DNA of 64,000 nucleotides, from contig NC_090352.1 in assembly GCF_035084215.1 (NCBI RefSeq), positions 30,318,001-30,382,000 on the forward strand, in the 5' to 3' direction. This document shows positions 63,833 to 64,000 of this stretch, in pieces. Made by a program: the position numbers and the translations under genes. Position 1 is the stretch's first letter, and the number at the start of each line of letters is the position of its first letter. The notes beneath the pieces are model-generated. The model ran no database searches. It had not been told where the DNA came from and saw only the letters and a list, made by a program, of their open reading frames with translations. Source of the stretch: Heptranchias perlo. Its lineage: Eukaryota.

Positions 63833-64000
63833 CTGTCAAAGAAAAAGAGAAGCTCACTACACAGAGAGACTGCTACATCATTACAGAAAAGGAAGTTAAT
63901 CTGAGGGGGTGAAAAATGGGACACAGAACTGGGACAACAGCAATTGTGGTTCGGATGTCTAGTAGGGTTGCCAACCCTTCAGGATTGTCCAGGAGTCTCC

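Noticed and set aside
62492-64000. Simple tandem duplication or assembly overlap
   Set aside because: The duplicate is enclosed precisely by inverted PLE arms and a TSD, and differs by one base, which fits a templated insertion better.
1-64000. CRISPR array, prokaryotic operon or intact autonomous transposon
   Set aside because: The window holds eukaryotic spliced genes, no regularly spaced repeat-spacer array, and no long RT, GIY-YIG or transposase ORF.

Overview
Vertebrate genomic DNA, most likely a cartilaginous fish (shark), judged from its CR1/HER1-type LINEs, Deu-type tRNA SINEs and Penelope-like element (PLE) termini. I rebuilt four spliced genes by hand, all with GT-AG junctions and consistent phases. 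LIAT1 (minus, 2 coding exons) is head-to-head with an intron-containing EXO5 (plus, 6 coding exons). Next is a tapasin-family gene (plus, 8 coding exons, 438 aa) with an ISRE in its promoter and a C-terminal KKxx motif, but no ERp57-binding Cys and no transmembrane Lys. Last is the 3' part of RAP1GAP2 (minus, 6 coding exons plus a long 3' UTR). The most unusual signal is a young family of hammerhead-ribozyme-bearing PLE termini in three architectures, each with a target-site duplication (TSD): a single copy (6.1 kb), a perfect zero-spacer palindrome (17.2 kb), and an inverted pair enclosing ~300 bp of host DNA that matches the neighbouring RAP1GAP2 intron 1.37 kb away (62.4 kb). Gene and repeat identities come from remembered motifs; no database searches were run.
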